A stretch of DNA of 62,122 nucleotides, filler included, from Welwitschia mirabilis (taxonomy: Eukaryota): assembly GCA_051453625.1 (NCBI GenBank). It is 6 parts of one record of this genome, joined end to end, with 100 filler letters (N's around TTAATTAATTAA, not from the genome) between each part and the next. Parts side by side here need not be neighbours in the genome. Positions count along the whole stretch, not along the records: positions 49,018 to 59,675 come from JBOZIK010000001.1; positions 59,776 to 62,122 come from JBOZIK010000001.1; 4 more parts are not named here. One strand, given 5' to 3'. A program made the position numbers and the translations under genes. Positions 50,630 to 62,122 of the stretch are shown one piece after another. Under the pieces are notes generated by a model. The model was not told the DNA's origin. It saw only the letters and a list, made by a program, of their open reading frames with translations, and searched no databases. Each line of letters starts with the position of its first letter. Position 1 is the first letter of the stretch.

Positions 50630-51565
50630 AGGTAATTTTCTTTATAATATTCTAAATAAAACCTTTTCTTTCCATGAAAATCTTTTACTCAAGCTATCAA
50701 TTTTCTTCCCTTTAACTTTAAAAATTTGTGCTTTGATGTGGCATCATAGAGTGCTATCCATTACTCCTCTCTTCATCCAATTGATTTTACTTTGAAATAA
50801 TTACACATCTCTTATGTTTTATCAATTAGTGAATTTTTGGTTTGGACCTTACTTCTCTAAAAAACTTGAGACCATAATAGATTCTTAATTTTCCTTTCTT
50901 TCTTTTCAATAAAAGTGNNNNNNNNNNNNNNNNNNNNNNNNNNNNNNNNNNNNNNNNNNNNNNNNNNNNNNNNNNNNNNNNNNNNNNNNNNNNNNNNNNN
51001 NNNNNNNNNNNNNNNNNTTCTTTTTAATAAAAGTGTGTTTTTAGCTTTATATTTGAATAAAAGTTTGCTTGCTTTATTATTTTCTTTTTAGTTTATAGTT
51101 TTCATGTTTTCTTTTCATTTTCTATTCTCTATTTCTATTTGCATTTTTTCTATTTTCTATTTCTACAAAAATAAATGGTTGTCTCCCCTGTCGTCCCCAT
51201 GAAAAGGTGGGTAATAGTTTATTTTTTTGATAGTTTCCTAGTTTTTCTATTAATTTTCTATGTTTTCTTTCTTTTTCTTATGTATGTCATCCTCTCTATT
51301 GTCTGGATGATGAATAGGACGATAGCCAATAAAATGTTAATTTTTATTTGCCATTATTTCAAAAAATACATTTTTATGACTGAGTTGAGATTTCCAACTT
51401 GACTACTTAACAATTATAGGAAGTAAATGGAAAAAATTGGAATTTCATGAGTGAACCATCTAAATTTTCTCTTAGCTTTTTCCTTTGAAAGATTATTATG
51501 ACATTACTTAATCAATTTTCAAACTTGACTTATGTATTTATTTCCATAACTAGTCTTTTGACTTA

Positions 51566-51631
51566 GGCATTTTAGTGGTAAGATCGGATTCACCCAATCT
51601 TAGGACATTCACAAGTCCATAAACTTCAATT
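51566..51631 (+). ncRNA. Candidate structured RNA module 1, copy B
   Basis: Stems are TAAGATCGG/CCAATCTTA and GGAC/GTCC. It is homologous to 24056-24124. Confidence 0.5.
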
Positions 51632-51835
51632 GAGGAAAGATGCTTTATTTTTATGTTTTTCGCAATGGTAAAAAGGTCTTAACTTGTTTAAAAGTGTTCT
51701 TTTCTATCTTAATATTTTGACTTTCACCTTTGTCTTTTGAAGTGTTTAGTCATGTGGAATGGTTTTCTTTAAAAAAAAAAAAAAGAGTGAATTAAGACCA
51801 TGATGTTTTATATTTTTATCTTAAAAAATTGATTA

Positions 51836-51992
51836 TCATGATGTCCCACTGCAAGTACACCAGGGCAAATATTTCTAAGAGAAGCCTTTAGCAGTGTAAT
51901 ATGGTAGCTGTGGAAACTCCATTGGGAGGTTAGTTGGTCATGTTTCATAGGTCCTTACTTCTCTAATAGTGGTTGCACTCTCCTCATCATGG
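51836..51992 (+). ncRNA. Candidate structured RNA module 2, copy B
   Basis: The closing stem is TCATGATG/CATCATGG. It is colinear with 24697-24864. Confidence 0.55.
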
Positions 51993-53849
51993 ATAATAAA
52001 ATTGTATTTAAAACTTTAAGGCTATTGGATTAGTGGTGTTCCTAGTATCATCAGAGGCATTGCTTGTTTTCTAGACTCCTAGTCTTTCCACATGATCATT
52101 TCATTTTTTGAGATTTTGGTTTTTGTTTTGAGATGATGGTAAGAAAGTTCATTTTTGAGCAATTCTTTGGTATGATCATTCATTGTTTAAAAGTATTTTA
52201 TCTAACATCATCATAATCACTACCTTATTAAATGAAATTTTTGTATATTAAATCATGTAATTTACATCAAGTGATGTTATGATTACTTTCATTGGAATTT
52301 GCTAAGTTAAAATGTTAGATTGGTGAGCTATCTTTTATTTATATTATCTTATATCCAATCTTCTTATTTTCTTTTGTGTTTTAGTTAGTTATTTCAAAGT
52401 CATTACCATATTTTCTTAGCATACTCTTCTTATTGTTCACTCTTCTTGTTAGAACATTTCCTATCTTTATATTTTTCAAATCTGACATTACTCAGCTTTG
52501 TACTTTGTTTTAGAAATTGTTCTAATTCTTACCATCTTTTACCTATCTTCTCACTCTCGTTTACCTTCTTTGTTGTATTTTCTAATACATGACGTATTGC
52601 TTTTTTTTTGGAAGGGTAGAGACCCATTTACATGGCTCATTTTTAAAAATTTTTAAAGCTTTCATGAAATAAATATTTCAAAATTACATACACATTATGC
52701 ATTACTTGTTATCTATTTATGTGATGTGTTTTTATGAGCATGTTTTATAATTTTTTAATTCTTCTTTGAAAAATAAATTTGGCTCGCAATTGTAGTTTTT
52801 TCTACCTAGTTTTTGTTAAAGACTGACAAAGGCTAAGTGGGGGACTATATTGTGCTACCAATTTATGGTTATTTGATGGGTTTTATGAGTTGTTTTGCAG
52901 GACTTTTATATAGGCTTAGATGCAATTCTGAGGATTTTGGAGATACAAGAGGAAATCTCAAAAAAGTGCAATTATTATCTAAATTTAATGCATTAAAGGC
53001 ACTTTTTGATGAACATAGCACGATAGGTAGGATGACGACTATTCAAATGGACTACTGAGTCATCACTTTCAAGATATTTTATGATGTACTATCGTCCCTT
53101 ATGTCATCTGGATGACAGCCCGAATGACACTGACATGTAACTATCACAGATAGATTCCCTCAGTCGTTTTATTTATTTTAGAGTGATTCATAAGTGTAAT
53201 TTACTACATCCACTATCTATTTTTTTCTATTGTATTTTCCTATAAATAAGTCCCCCTTTGACTCTCCTTCTTATCTTCAATGCACCAGAGATTCTTGGGA
53301 TAGGAGAACAAAGGGTGAGAGATCTATCTTAGGTATTGTAGAAAGACAAGCACTTGGTGGAGGGTTGAGTATCTTCCATTGAGACCTGGCTATTTTGTAA
53401 CCTGGATATTGTTACTCTTTAATATAAATCTTGGTTTTATTTCATGTTTGCATGTTAGGTTTTTTTTATGTCCCTTATAGCCTAATATTACCCTTGATCT
53501 GATGATAATTTCTTGGGTGATATAGATTATCAAAGGCAACCTTTATTAAGGCTGAAAACAAGTAGGGTTNNNNNNNNNNNNNNNNNNNNNNNNNNNNNNN
53601 NNNNNNNNNNNNNNNNNNNNNNNNNNNNNNNNNNNNNNNNNNNNNNNNNNNNNNNNNNNNNNNNNNNNNNNNNNNNNNNNNNNNNNNNNNNNNNNNNNNN
53701 NNNNNNNNNNNNNNNNNNNNNTTTCGAGTCACTTCCATTATACTAGTGTGATGTATTATGCATGATATCTATTTTAATTATTAACTAAAGAATCTATTTG
53801 AACATAAAAGCATGCACAAATACATACTACAACAAAGTCAATGTGTCAA

Positions 53850-54760
53850 GAATGGTCTATGGTAACCTCAGAGCTTAGAGAGCTCAGGGAAGTCAATTAG
53901 CTCCTAAGAAATTAGGATCTTGATTATTTTCTAGATATTTCTAGCTTCGCTTAACTATTTCTTGCTCGCATGTTTAATTGTAATGCATCTTATGATCATG
54001 AATCAGGAATCCTTGAAACCCTTGTTTTGGGGAAGTGGCTGAGAGTTACTACAAATCTCATTTTTGATCTAATTAATCTTCCCAAAGATGACTATGAAGA
54101 GTTTTGACTTCTTCAAGACACCATGGAAGATAAGACTGTAGTAACTAGGAAGATATGTGTTAAGATTAATTCTTGGAAGCACACCCTCTCCACTTCTTTT
54201 TTAACACCCAAGTACCACTTTCTCCATTTAATTTTCACTAATAATTTTCTACCTTTAGCTAGGTATTGGGATGAGGCCTCTAGCTACAGAGCCTATCTGA
54301 TGTATCTGATAGGGACAGAGCATTTTATTGATGCTCCTACCATCATACTAAATAATATGATCTTTCAGTTAGAGTTTCACAGGACTAGGGTCTTACCCTA
54401 CTCTGTACTTATCACAAATTTATGCCATTATCTTCACATAACCTTTCATCTAAAACTTCAAACCCTCTAACCTAAGGCACCCATGGGGTATGCAACTTTG
54501 TCTCGTATGCATATCTTTGCCGCTTCTAAGAAATACTCAAATTCACCCTCTCCAAAGGATGCCTCTCCTGATGAGAATCTTTCATATCTGAGATGGATTT
54601 ATTTTTGTACTAGAAACATGAAGAAAGCACTCATAGAAACTAGGTATGACATTGTTGATACTTCAAGCCACCATCTCAGCACATAGGGGAGGAGCTAAAG
54701 AAGATTCAGAAAAAGACTCTAAAGAGGAAGAAGAGGAGGAGGACAAGGAATTTGATTAGA
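53850..54760 (+). pseudogene. Sirevirus env-like ORF remnant
   Basis: YHFLHLIFTNNFLP..RAYLMYLI..IDAPTIILNNM..LPYSVLITNLC is followed by an acidic tail (KEEEEEEDKEFD). It lies upstream of SIRE-type PPTs. Confidence 0.75.
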
Positions 54761-54802
54761 AGTTTTAATTATATTTTTTTTCTCTTCTTTGTTATTGATG
54801 TC

Positions 54803-55347
54803 AAAAGGGGGAGAATTAGTTATTTGTTTTTGTTTGTTTACTTATGTTTTTAGATGTAGCATGCTCTTGATGAGTACTTTTATTTTTTAATATTTGCATA
54901 TGTTTAATAGAATCAACATGCACTTTGTTTTTATGTTTTAAATTATTCTCAATTGATATCTCAAATTCTTTTGTGCTTATGCAAATCATAATGTGCTTAA
55001 TATATTTTTCCAATGATGAATTTTAAAGTTTCAAATGGTTATAAATTTAAATGTTGATGTCTAATATTGAAAATAAACTCTAAAAATGTATCAACTAATC
55101 AATATGTTAATGGTTTATGTGATCACATTGTGATTTTTATAAAATTTGTGTTCTTAACCCTCCAAATATGCATCTTAAAATTGTTTCATTTTAAGCACAA
55201 ATTTGACTATTCAAAATGTCTTAATTTGGCTTCAAAAGGTGTAATATTTTGTAAAAGAATAATAGGAATTTTATGAGGGATAGTTTTTCTAAGTCCTAGA
55301 TATTTTTACAACTAAGTATTATTTGCCATCAATATCAAAGGGGAAGA
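54803..55347 (+). promoter_or_regulatory. Sirevirus multiple-PPT region
   Basis: TTGATGTCAAAAGGGGGAGAA is at about 54795-54815, and CCATCAATATCAAAGGGGAAGAT lies directly before the LTR. Confidence 0.8.
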
Positions 55348-55348
55348 T

Positions 55349-56930
55349 TGTTAGATTATGTTTTACCAATTGATGTTAAATTAATGTTTTCTATGTAGCA
55401 AATTTTATGTATCTTGTGCAGAAGATATTAATCACTTATAGGTCTAAAGATAAAATTAAAACCTTGAATTCCTAGCATTAGAAACCTGTTAAGTTCATTT
55501 ACCCTCTTAAGGAGCTAACTAGACTCTTAAAGAATCTACTATACATAAAGCAGACACTTAAAAATTGAACTGAATTTAGAGGTGTTAACTGGATTTCTGA
55601 TGGGGTCGATCAAACTTGTAACCTCAAGAGCTAATATTTCTAAATTAAATGGCAAGGAGTTAATCGATTATTTATAGGGTCAACCAAATTTTTGAACCTG
55701 ATAACAATATCCCTGAACTAAATGACAAGGGGTTGACCAGATCTATGATGGAGTCAACCAGATCTGTAAACCTGTGAATACTACTCTAAACCAAATGTCA
55801 AGGGGTCAACTTGATCATTGAAGGGGTCGACTAGAACTAAGCACTGTGCATCTGATACTTCTAAGATGATTGTCATGGGATCGACTGGACACCTAGAAGG
55901 GTTGATTGGACTTGATGTAGGAAATTAGAAAGATCTTTATTAGGACTATTAGGTGACCAAATTTAACGGTGGGTGATTGGATTAGGGTCGATCAAACCCA
56001 TATGAGATTGACCAGATATGGAGTTATAAGAAACTTGGGTGACTAAAATATTCACTCGGGTGACCTATGTAAGTCATGGCACTAGATGTGATCACCTAGA
56101 CTTTTAAGGGGTCAACCAAATGGAACAAAAATAAACTTTTCTATCATTTTATATCCATTAGGTATTTGTTAGATAGCCATTTTCTAGCCATTTATAGCCA
56201 TTGGAAGTACATTTTCAAATGTAATAAACCTTAAAAGCCTTTCAATATAAATAGCCAAGAGATAAATGACTAAAGAACCTTTTTGAACTGATGAACTAGT
56301 ACTAAAATCTTATGATATCCATTGTTAAATCTTAGCATTTGTACTCCTAATTAAGGAATATCTATTGTCTATATTATCTCTATATTTAAGGTCAGATCTA
56401 GTGCTTTATCTATTATACATCTACATAAGAAGAGCTTCATCAAATCTACTATATTAAGAATGAGTGATAACTATACATCTTAGCATCATTGCATCACTAT
56501 TTTACATTATGAAAGGTTGAGACTAAGACTTGAAAATTATGTTCAAAGGTTGAGACTAAGCCTCCAAAATTCTATTTAAAGGTTAAGACTAAGCCTAGAA
56601 AAGTCTATTTGTAAAGGTTACAGATGAACCTGAAATACCTAGTAGAGTAATGAAGATCCGGATCAAGCTTAGCAATAAGCTAATCATCGAGAGTGGAGTA
56701 GGGAGTTTTCTGAATCACTATAAATCTTGTATGCATCTATTTGGTATTTTGTATTTTTAATTCATTCATTTTTTTTTAACTTCTATTAGATTTTCTTTTC
56801 ATGAACATTTTTAATTAGTAAATTATTTTTTGTAAGTTTTTGGTAAATAGTTGGTTCATTTAAAATACTTTATCCAAATATTTTTTTAGAACCTATTTAC
56901 CCCCCAACTCTAGGATTCTCGATCCTATCA
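55349..56930 (+). mobile_element. Complete Sirevirus 3' LTR (1582 bp)
   Basis: Termini are TGTTAGA...TCCTATCA. A palindromic repeat array spans 55490-56120, TATAAATAG is at about 56246, and the C-rich end motif is TATTTACCCCCCAACTCTAGG. Confidence 0.88.
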
Positions 56931-57998
56931 CATTCATTTGTTAACTTTAAATTAGAGAAGAATTTATTTCATCATCTTTGAAAAGGCAAAAAAAAAAAAA
57001 AAGAAAGAAAACCATAAATTTTAAAAAGTTTTGATGGGTCACCTAGCTTAGAAGATAATTTTAAGTAAAAATAGTTTTTTTAAATTACTTCCTCTTTTTG
57101 TTTTATTCATTTTCTTCTTTAGTTAAATAGTTTTATTACTTGCATCAGAATTTCTACAAGTTGATTCAATTAAATAAAAGCTATATTGTTTTCATTATAT
57201 TTTATGATGCATTTCTAATTGCAATGATAAAATTTTTTAAAAAATTCAACATTATTGTTAAAACTTGAAATCATAGATGATAGATTTTACTTCTGTGCTA
57301 CTTCTCTCTAAGCTAACTTGGTCATCATACAAAGTACCATTTATCATACATTGAATATTTTAAGATAGCTTACTTGAGAAATATTTTTTATGTTCTTTTG
57401 ATTTTCATGTTATTTATTGGGATGTGTAAGTGCCAAATGGGTACACAATGTACTTACAACTGCTTTATCTCGTGCCTATAATACTTAATATTTTACTATC
57501 TAGAAAGCCACTAACGTGGATATATCATTTATATTTTTATAAGTTGGATAAATTAATATAATAGGTTCTATGAATGAAGATAATGTTGTTAATGTTCATT
57601 CTCAAATTCATTTACAAATGCCTAAGAAGCTTAGCATTATCTACTTTTTTCTGATTGATTATTCTAGTTAACATATATGTTGAGTAAGCTATAAATATAA
57701 ATCATATGCTTTTAGATGTATCCTTATTTTTTGCATGAAGTTAATATGTTTAATTATCACTTTTAAGGTTGTTCCATAAAAGCACTTTTCCTAAGTAGTA
57801 AAGAAGCATGACGTTGACTTGACATAATGTTACATGAGCATGTCTTTAATAATTAATAGTCCTACTTAAGGTTTTGATCTTTCTTTTATGGGCTTAATTT
57901 ACTTAAGCCTTGGTACGAAAACATTACATGTTTAACCATGATATTAAGATTTTATACCTAATAAAATAACTGAAATTCATATCTATATTTTAGTCTCA

Positions 57999-58158
57999 TC
58001 ATATATATATATATATATATANNNNNNNNNNNNNNNNNNNNNNNNNNNNNNNNNNNNNNNNNNNNNNNNNNNNNNNNNNNNNNNNNNNNNNNNNNNNNNN
58101 NNNNNNNNNNNNNNNNNNNNNATAAAATAACTGAAATTCATATATATATTTTAGTCTC

Positions 58159-58191
<33 letters not shown>
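57999..58191. repeat. (AT)n microsatellite assembled twice around a gap
   Basis: AT runs lie at about 57999-58021 and 58162-58191, and the same preceding ~40 bp occurs on both sides of the gap. Confidence 0.85.
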
Positions 58192-58195
<4 letters not shown>

Positions 58196-59599
58196 ATTTT
58201 ATTTACCTAAATTCTCATGAAATGTTAATTAAAAATACTTAATTTATTTAGATGCTTATAGATAATTTGTGTAATGATAGCTATAAAGAGAAGATGTTTT
58301 AGTTGATATGCATTTGGATTTAATCTACCCTTGGGAATACTTTTCAAGGACAACATTAAAAAATATTTTCTAATTATTATTCAAAGAATTTGATATGGTA
58401 AAGTACTGGCTAACTCAAAAAAAATGCTTTCACATTCAAATGCTAGATCTCTTTAATATAGGTTTGCATTAATAAATAATTACATCTAATTTTAAAAGTT
58501 CAACCTATAAGTAAGAATGTTGGATTTGAAATAGAATTCTACATTTTGAAGTCAACTAAATGATACATGCATATTAATTTAATAGTGTCTACTTTACAAG
58601 AATTTTTTATAAAATGTACACATTTATGAATAATTGAATTTCAAGGTATAGTTAGAATAATTATAAGGAAGTAAACCCTTTATCACCACATTTTAATGGA
58701 CTAATATTCAATGAACTGATTAAGCTAAGATAGCATGAGAATGAAAATGAGAATGATAAGAAGTATTTTCTAGTCTTCTAATACAAATTAATAAAAGTAC
58801 CTTATCTTATAGTTTGAAGATTTAAAATACCTCAACAAATCTATGGCACAAGAACACATTAAACCAACAAAAATTCAAAGAATTTTGTAGTAGAATTTCC
58901 ATTTTCTTTAGACTAAAAATAACTCTACAGCAACATAATCACTAGAAATCATGAATCTTGTAATAATTTAATGAATTACCATACTACACAAACCTCCATT
59001 CCAAACACATTGATAACATGTAAACATTATCATTTACATTAAGAAATCTAGGCCTTATTAGCATGTTTAATGGATTATTATAATGCTTTTATGCATTTAT
59101 TATGCTTAAGGTTATGAAAATATAGTTTTACTAATAATATTTCTTAACACGATCATTTTACATGATAGCTACATCATCTAGAGTATTATGAAAGAGGATG
59201 AAGTTGTACTAAGCATTATTAGTAGTGACACTAATTCCTAGAGTAGTAGTTTTGGTTAGTATTCATAGAATGGGTCCATCCCTACATTTCTAAACGTTTT
59301 TGACATAGTCAACTCATTCAGGATAATTCTGAAAGTATATGATACATGAAGAATCTTATGTAAGAAAACCCCCCTAAAACTAGCCCCATGACTAAAGGAC
59401 AATCCTGTACAATTTGGACATCCTAAAGAATGGTCCCATTAGGATTTTAAAATTCTAATTATAAATCCTAATTAAAAGCTCTAATTTGACCTATAAATTC
59501 CCTACTTTACTTCACTTAAAATCATCTTTAATCATATTGTAAAAGATATTATTAAAGATTTACTCATGTGTTCTTTGTAGTTCCTCCATTAAGGATGGG

Positions 59600-59675
59600 T
59601 GTTGCGGTGTGTATTTGTGCAATAGTTCACATTCAAATTCAATCCTGTTAATTATAATTAAGATGAAAAATACAA
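59600..59675 (-). mobile_element. 3' end of a third LTR of the Athila-like gag-protease family
   Basis: TGTTGCGGTGTGTATTTGTG...AATCCTGTTAATTA matches 19609-19680. No PBS is adjacent, and it is cut by the gap. Confidence 0.8.
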
Positions 59676-59775
59676 NNNNNNNNNNNNNNNNNNNNNNNNN
59701 NNNNNNNNNNNNNNNNNNNTTAATTAATTAANNNNNNNNNNNNNNNNNNNNNNNNNNNNNNNNNNNNNNNNNNNN

Positions 59776-60070
59776 AGATGGTTCTCCTAGAATTAGAAGA
59801 CAAGATGAAGCCCTCCATGTTGTGCTGAAACAGCACACTATTGTCAAACGGTGGTTTGACAAAAGGGCAACTATTGAGGGCTTTCATATCGAAAATCTAG
59901 TGATGGTAAAAGATTAAGCTACGGATAAGATTAAGAACATCAGAAATTCGCTCCCCTCTAGATGGGACCCCATCAAATCTCATCATTTGTAGGGGACCAC
60001 GACTACAAGATTGCTAATCTCCAAAGGAAAGAGCTCTCTAATTACCACCTCCACCACTACTTCAGAGCTC
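59776..60070 (+). pseudogene. Tat-like integrase C-terminus (GPY/F module)
   Basis: DEALHVVLKQHTIVKRWFDKRATIEGFHIENLVMVK is followed by KFAPL*MGPHQI. Confidence 0.72.
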
Positions 60071-60359
60071 TTTCGAGTTTCACCCAAGGGTAAAGTTCCT
60101 TTCTCTCCCTAAATATCTTGTTCATAGTAGGATAATCGTTTCAGTTCGTTTTCAAATTTCTTTCAATAGTAGAGTTAGTAAACAATAGTCAGTAGGAGTT
60201 ACTTGAAGTATAGAATTTTAAAAGGGAATGGAAAACTTTTCGTTAAGAGAAAAGGGGAATTATTACATCAAGACAGAGTGCCTTTTGACAACTTCCAGGA
60301 GGAATATAGAAGACTAAAACAAAAGAAAACTGAAATATGCAGTACAATAGAGAAGATCT

Positions 60360-62032
60360 AAGAGCTCTCATCAGAATTCTAGAAGGTATCATCCTCGTCA
60401 CTACTCAAATGGTCTTCAGAACTCTCTAGAGGAGTAAGACAGATCCTCACCTACACAAGCTCAGCTAGGATCCATTTCTTTCAACTTGCTTTCTATTAGT
60501 TTATGCAAGCTCTTTGCTACTTTTTGGTTCTTCCCTAGCTCTGCTTTTAATGTGGCAAGTTTTCGCTTAGATTTGGAGGCCTCCTCCTCCATCGTTGCAA
60601 ACCTCCTTTTGGCCTCCTTATCTTGACGCCGAGCCTTGGCCTCCTTAGCCCAAGACTCTTTCATCTCTCGCTTCTTGTCACTATCGTATTGTTGTTTTAG
60701 ATGGGATAGCGCTATCACTACATATCTGGCGACCTTAGAGGAGAACCCCTTCTCCCGAAGAGGTGGAGACCACGCTCTCCTTGAAACAAGGTAGGAAATG
60801 ATAACTATCAGAATATTACCAGAAGCCAACAAATACAAGGGAGAGAAGAAATCATATACTTACAAGAAGAAGGCGCTACATCTTGAGTAGGCTCCTCCTC
60901 TTTCAATATTACGACCTTCCCCTTACTACCCTAGCCAAACCCCCTATCACAGTGAAGGATCCCCTCCCATGCAATGATGCTAGCTCCTCCTCCCTTGCAA
61001 AGAGAAGGCTATCTTAGAAAGGGAGAAAATTAAAGAGAAAACAAAAGAGGAAGAGAGAAACACAAATATACGAAACATCTCCTCTAGTATTACCACTTCA
61101 TCATCATCCAGCAGGGCACACCATTGGGCTTCTACTTCTTTCCCTTTACTGGATGGGGCTTTGGTGGAAGGGAGATCCTTACCCTTGGATAGAAAATTTG
61201 CGATGTAAGTCTCTATTTTGTTTGCAAAGGAGTCCCACTCCTCCTTCCGATCGTCTGATGAGATATACAACTTTTCTAGTTTGATTCCCTTGTAGTACAA
61301 ACTGGCATTAAGGAAAGAATGGGAGCTCAAGGTGGCTTCCCCACCTTGGGAAGAGATAAGACGTCTGTCGTCATTACCCTACTCCTAGACCAAACTCTCA
61401 TAGCCTGGTTGTAGAAGGCTGTCACACACCTTATCTTTTCATTCTTTTGGCAATGGGTCAGGTTGGCAGACACCTTCTCCTTTACCAACTCTGTCTAGGC
61501 ATATTTGGTCACATGAGGTACTACTTCACATGTGGCGTCAAAGAATACTTGAAAGATGTGTGTTCCCTTATCAAAAAGAAACAACCTAGAATAGGCTAAG
61601 AGACACACAGATCTGACTTAAAGGAGATAGGCCAAGATTCCCTTTTCACTTTTAAGTCCCTCAATGGAAACTTCTGAGAACCTCCATTCTTCTAGTAGGT
61701 TTGAAAGATTCTTTGAAGCGATCCCCCAGATCATTTGAACATCTAGCTATTTCCCAGAAGGAAAATTAAACATCTGGTTGATATCATCCACAACCACAAG
61801 GCTGCGGATATGAAATGTATGTGGTAACCCTAAAATGTAAACGTAAGGAGACCAGCTTTTCCTTTCTACTAAATCCCAAGGGGAGACGATGTCTTCTACC
61901 TAAGTCAGAGCTAGCTTGAAGACCAGGAAGATAACCAGCTTGTATAACTAGCCCTTTGCAAGCTCTCAGCCAATGCTCTATCCTCCTGAAGGAACTAAAA
62001 GAGGGAGTAATGATCCAAAATTCCATACTTCT
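60360..62032 (-). pseudogene. Decayed antisense ORF downstream of the Tat-like integrase
   Basis: Minus-strand ORF pieces 60461-60838 (coiled-coil, KEAKARRQDKEAKRRF..), 60980-61330 and 61784-62044 lie opposite to pol. Antisense 3' ORFs are known in Tat/Retand elements. Confidence 0.55.
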
Positions 62033-62122
62033 TGTTAGGATCAAAGAAGCACCCTAGAGGGGGGTGAATAGGGTAATTTCTCTTTATTGCAAACTAAGAA
62101 TATAAATTCGAATTTGAATCTT
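62033..62122 (-). mobile_element. 3' end of a Sirevirus LTR; it continues beyond the window
   Basis: The minus strand reads CCTATTCACCCCCCTCTAGGGTGCTTCTTTGATCCTAACA, the canonical SIRE LTR terminus. No PBS follows. Confidence 0.85.

Larger units (their letters stand above)
49018..53834 (+). mobile_element. Athila-like non-autonomous element, 3' part: gag tail, protease, long 3' UTR, PPT and 3' LTR
   Basis: The protease ORF spans 49976-50629. No RT, RH or INT motifs follow it. The PPT GGCTAAGTGGGGGAC is at 52831-52845. The LTR spans about 52848-53834, has TATAAATA at about 53241, and ends ...CTACAACA, homologous to the LTR end at 19609. Confidence 0.82.

Noticed and set aside
47330-56930. A single intact SIRE element spanning both plus-strand LTRs
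   Set aside because: The LTRs look too diverged and differ in repeat copy number, no pol is seen, no TSD was found, and an artificial linker lies between them.

Overview
This window is plant nuclear heterochromatin-type DNA from a gapped draft assembly. It consists almost entirely of nested, decayed LTR retrotransposons, and I found no intact host gene. Three insertions are fully delimited by target-site duplications (TSDs): a CRM-clade Ty3/gypsy element (4706-11182, TSD GACAA), a Ty1/copia element (29330-34495, TSD AATAC) and a solo LTR (25612-27694, TSD TGTAT). There are also remnants of Ogre/Tat elements (one with an additional RNase H), two copies of an Athila-like gag-protease family, two copies of an Athila-like family with a long env-like 3' ORF, Tekay-like fragments, at least four Sirevirus (SIRE) pieces, and a tandem-array TRIM. 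The most unusual signal is a two-part, apparently structured non-coding cassette found in the 3' untranslated regions of two different retrotransposon lineages (24056-24864 in the Ogre-like element, 51566-51992 in the Athila-like element). Five 100-bp gaps carry an artificial TTAATTAATTAA linker, and many other gaps have duplicated flanks, so some apparent repeats are assembly artefacts. Lineage names come from motif recognition by eye, not database searches.
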